This document shows, one piece after another, positions 63,170 through 64,000 of a stretch of 64,000 nt of DNA. How positions within the stretch are numbered: position 1 is the stretch's first letter; the number at the start of each line of letters is the position of its first letter. The notes beneath the pieces were generated by a model that did not search any database, was not told the origin of the DNA, and was given only the letters and a program-made list of their open reading frames with translations. Origin of the DNA: Candidatus Latescibacterota bacterium (GTDB taxonomy: Bacteria; Krumholzibacteriota; Krumholzibacteriia; WVZY01; JAKEHA01); assembly GCA_963707635.1 (NCBI GenBank), contig OY970173.1, positions 1,312,001-1,376,000 of the forward strand, in the 5' to 3' direction. Both the position numbers and the translations under genes were made by a program.

Positions 63170-64000
63170 ATGCCCGAACTGCTGGGAATGAAACCGGGCC
63201 GGTTCCTCATCGCGCTCGCGGGACTATCGATGATCGCCGCGGTCACGGCCGTGGCGATGGCGCAGGACGGCGCTGCCCGCAACGACACCGCCTATGCCTC
63301 GGCGCCGTCGGATTCGTTCCGGGCGGGCGACTCCGGGGATGCGCCGGCGGCGACGGACACCGGCGGGGGAGGGATGGGGCTGGGGGCGCGCCTGCGGAGC
63401 AGCGGGCTCGGGCAGTTGTATATCAAAGGCGGGGTGTTCATGCACCCGCTGCTGCTGTGCGCGCTCATCGGGCTGGTGCTGAGCATCGAGCGCGCGTGGA
63501 CGCTGTCGCGCGCGCGCTCCAACACCAAGAAACTCATGATCGACGTGGTGCGCGCGCTGCGCGAGGAGGGGCCGGACGCCGCCCTCGCCGTCTGCCAGCG
63601 GACGCGCGGGCCGATCGCGGCGGTGCTGCACTCGGGCCTCTTGCGGGCGCACCGGGGAGCGGAAGCGGTCGAGAAGGCGATCTCGACCTCCGGTGCCATC
63701 GAGATGGCGTTCCTCGAGCGGGGACTGACTCTCCTCGCCTCGGTGTCCAACGTCGCCCCGCTGCTGGGATTCCTCGGCACCGTGTCCGGCATGATCTCCG
63801 CGTTTGCCGCGATCGCGGCCGCGGAGCAGGTGAGTGCGAAGCTCGTCGCCAAGGGCATCGAAGAGGCGCTGATCACGACCGCGGCCGGCCTGATGATCGC
63901 CGTCCCCGTGACCGTGTTTTACAGCTTCTTCGTCATGTCGATCGACCGCTTCATCATCGAAATGGAAGAGGCGAGCACCGAACTCGTGGACGAGCTGCTC
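63170..64000 (+). CDS. MotA/TolQ/ExbB proton channel family protein, 3'-truncated by window edge (absent from ORF track)
   Basis: Hand translation from ATG 63170 (AAGGAG RBS): GGVFMHPLLLC...APLLGFLGTVSGMISAF...GIEEALITTAAGLMIAVP. No stop before 64000. Confidence 0.92.
   Translation, partial: MPELLGMKPGRFLIALAGLSMIAAVTAVAMAQDGAARNDTAYASAPSDSFRAGDSGDAPAATDTGGGGMGLGARLRSSGLGQLYIKGGVFMHPLLLCALIGLVLSIERAWTLSRARSNTKKLMIDVVRALREEGPDAALAVCQRTRGPIAAVLHSGLLRAHRGAEAVEKAISTSGAIEMAFLERGLTLLASVSNVAPLLGFLGTVSGMISAFAAIAAAEQVSAKLVAKGIEEALITTAAGLMIAVPVTVFYSFFVMSIDRFIIEMEEASTELVDELL

Overview
High-GC bacterial chromosome segment. C-terminal 'NxPNPFNP' FlgD-Ig sorting domains, a PorV/PorQ-family gene and a GWxTD-family gene suggest a non-Bacteroidota FCB-group lineage such as Ca. 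Krumholzibacteriota, Latescibacterota or Eisenbacteria (inference). The left end holds housekeeping genes (pnp, M16 peptidase, class I/II aminotransferase, a TPR-DUF4388-UbiA cluster, asnS). A ~34 kb accessory-looking stretch follows (10.9-45.1 kb), almost all on the + strand, with detox, efflux and secreted proteins. The right end holds uvrA, gcvT-H-PA-PB, an oligopeptide-type ABC transporter and a TonB-dependent receptor-PorV-GWxTD-ExbB cluster. Main observations: (1) a MerB-like organomercurial lyase whose second catalytic Cys position is an in-frame TGA followed by an fdhF-like SECIS hairpin, a probable selenoprotein that the ORF track splits in two; (2) a two-copy ~100-nt structured element in the gcv operon with a 55/59-identical core, a compensatory base-pair change and unrelated closing stems; (3) a degenerate duplicate of a gene 3' end bracketing a 4.2-kb block; (4) a shared promoter-like motif upstream of all three FlgD-Ig cargo loci; (5) three apparent +1 frameshifts, possibly assembly errors, that create a spurious 1508-aa ORF. 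No tRNA, rRNA, CRISPR array, integrase or transposase was recognised. All calls come from reading the sequence and motifs; no searches were run.
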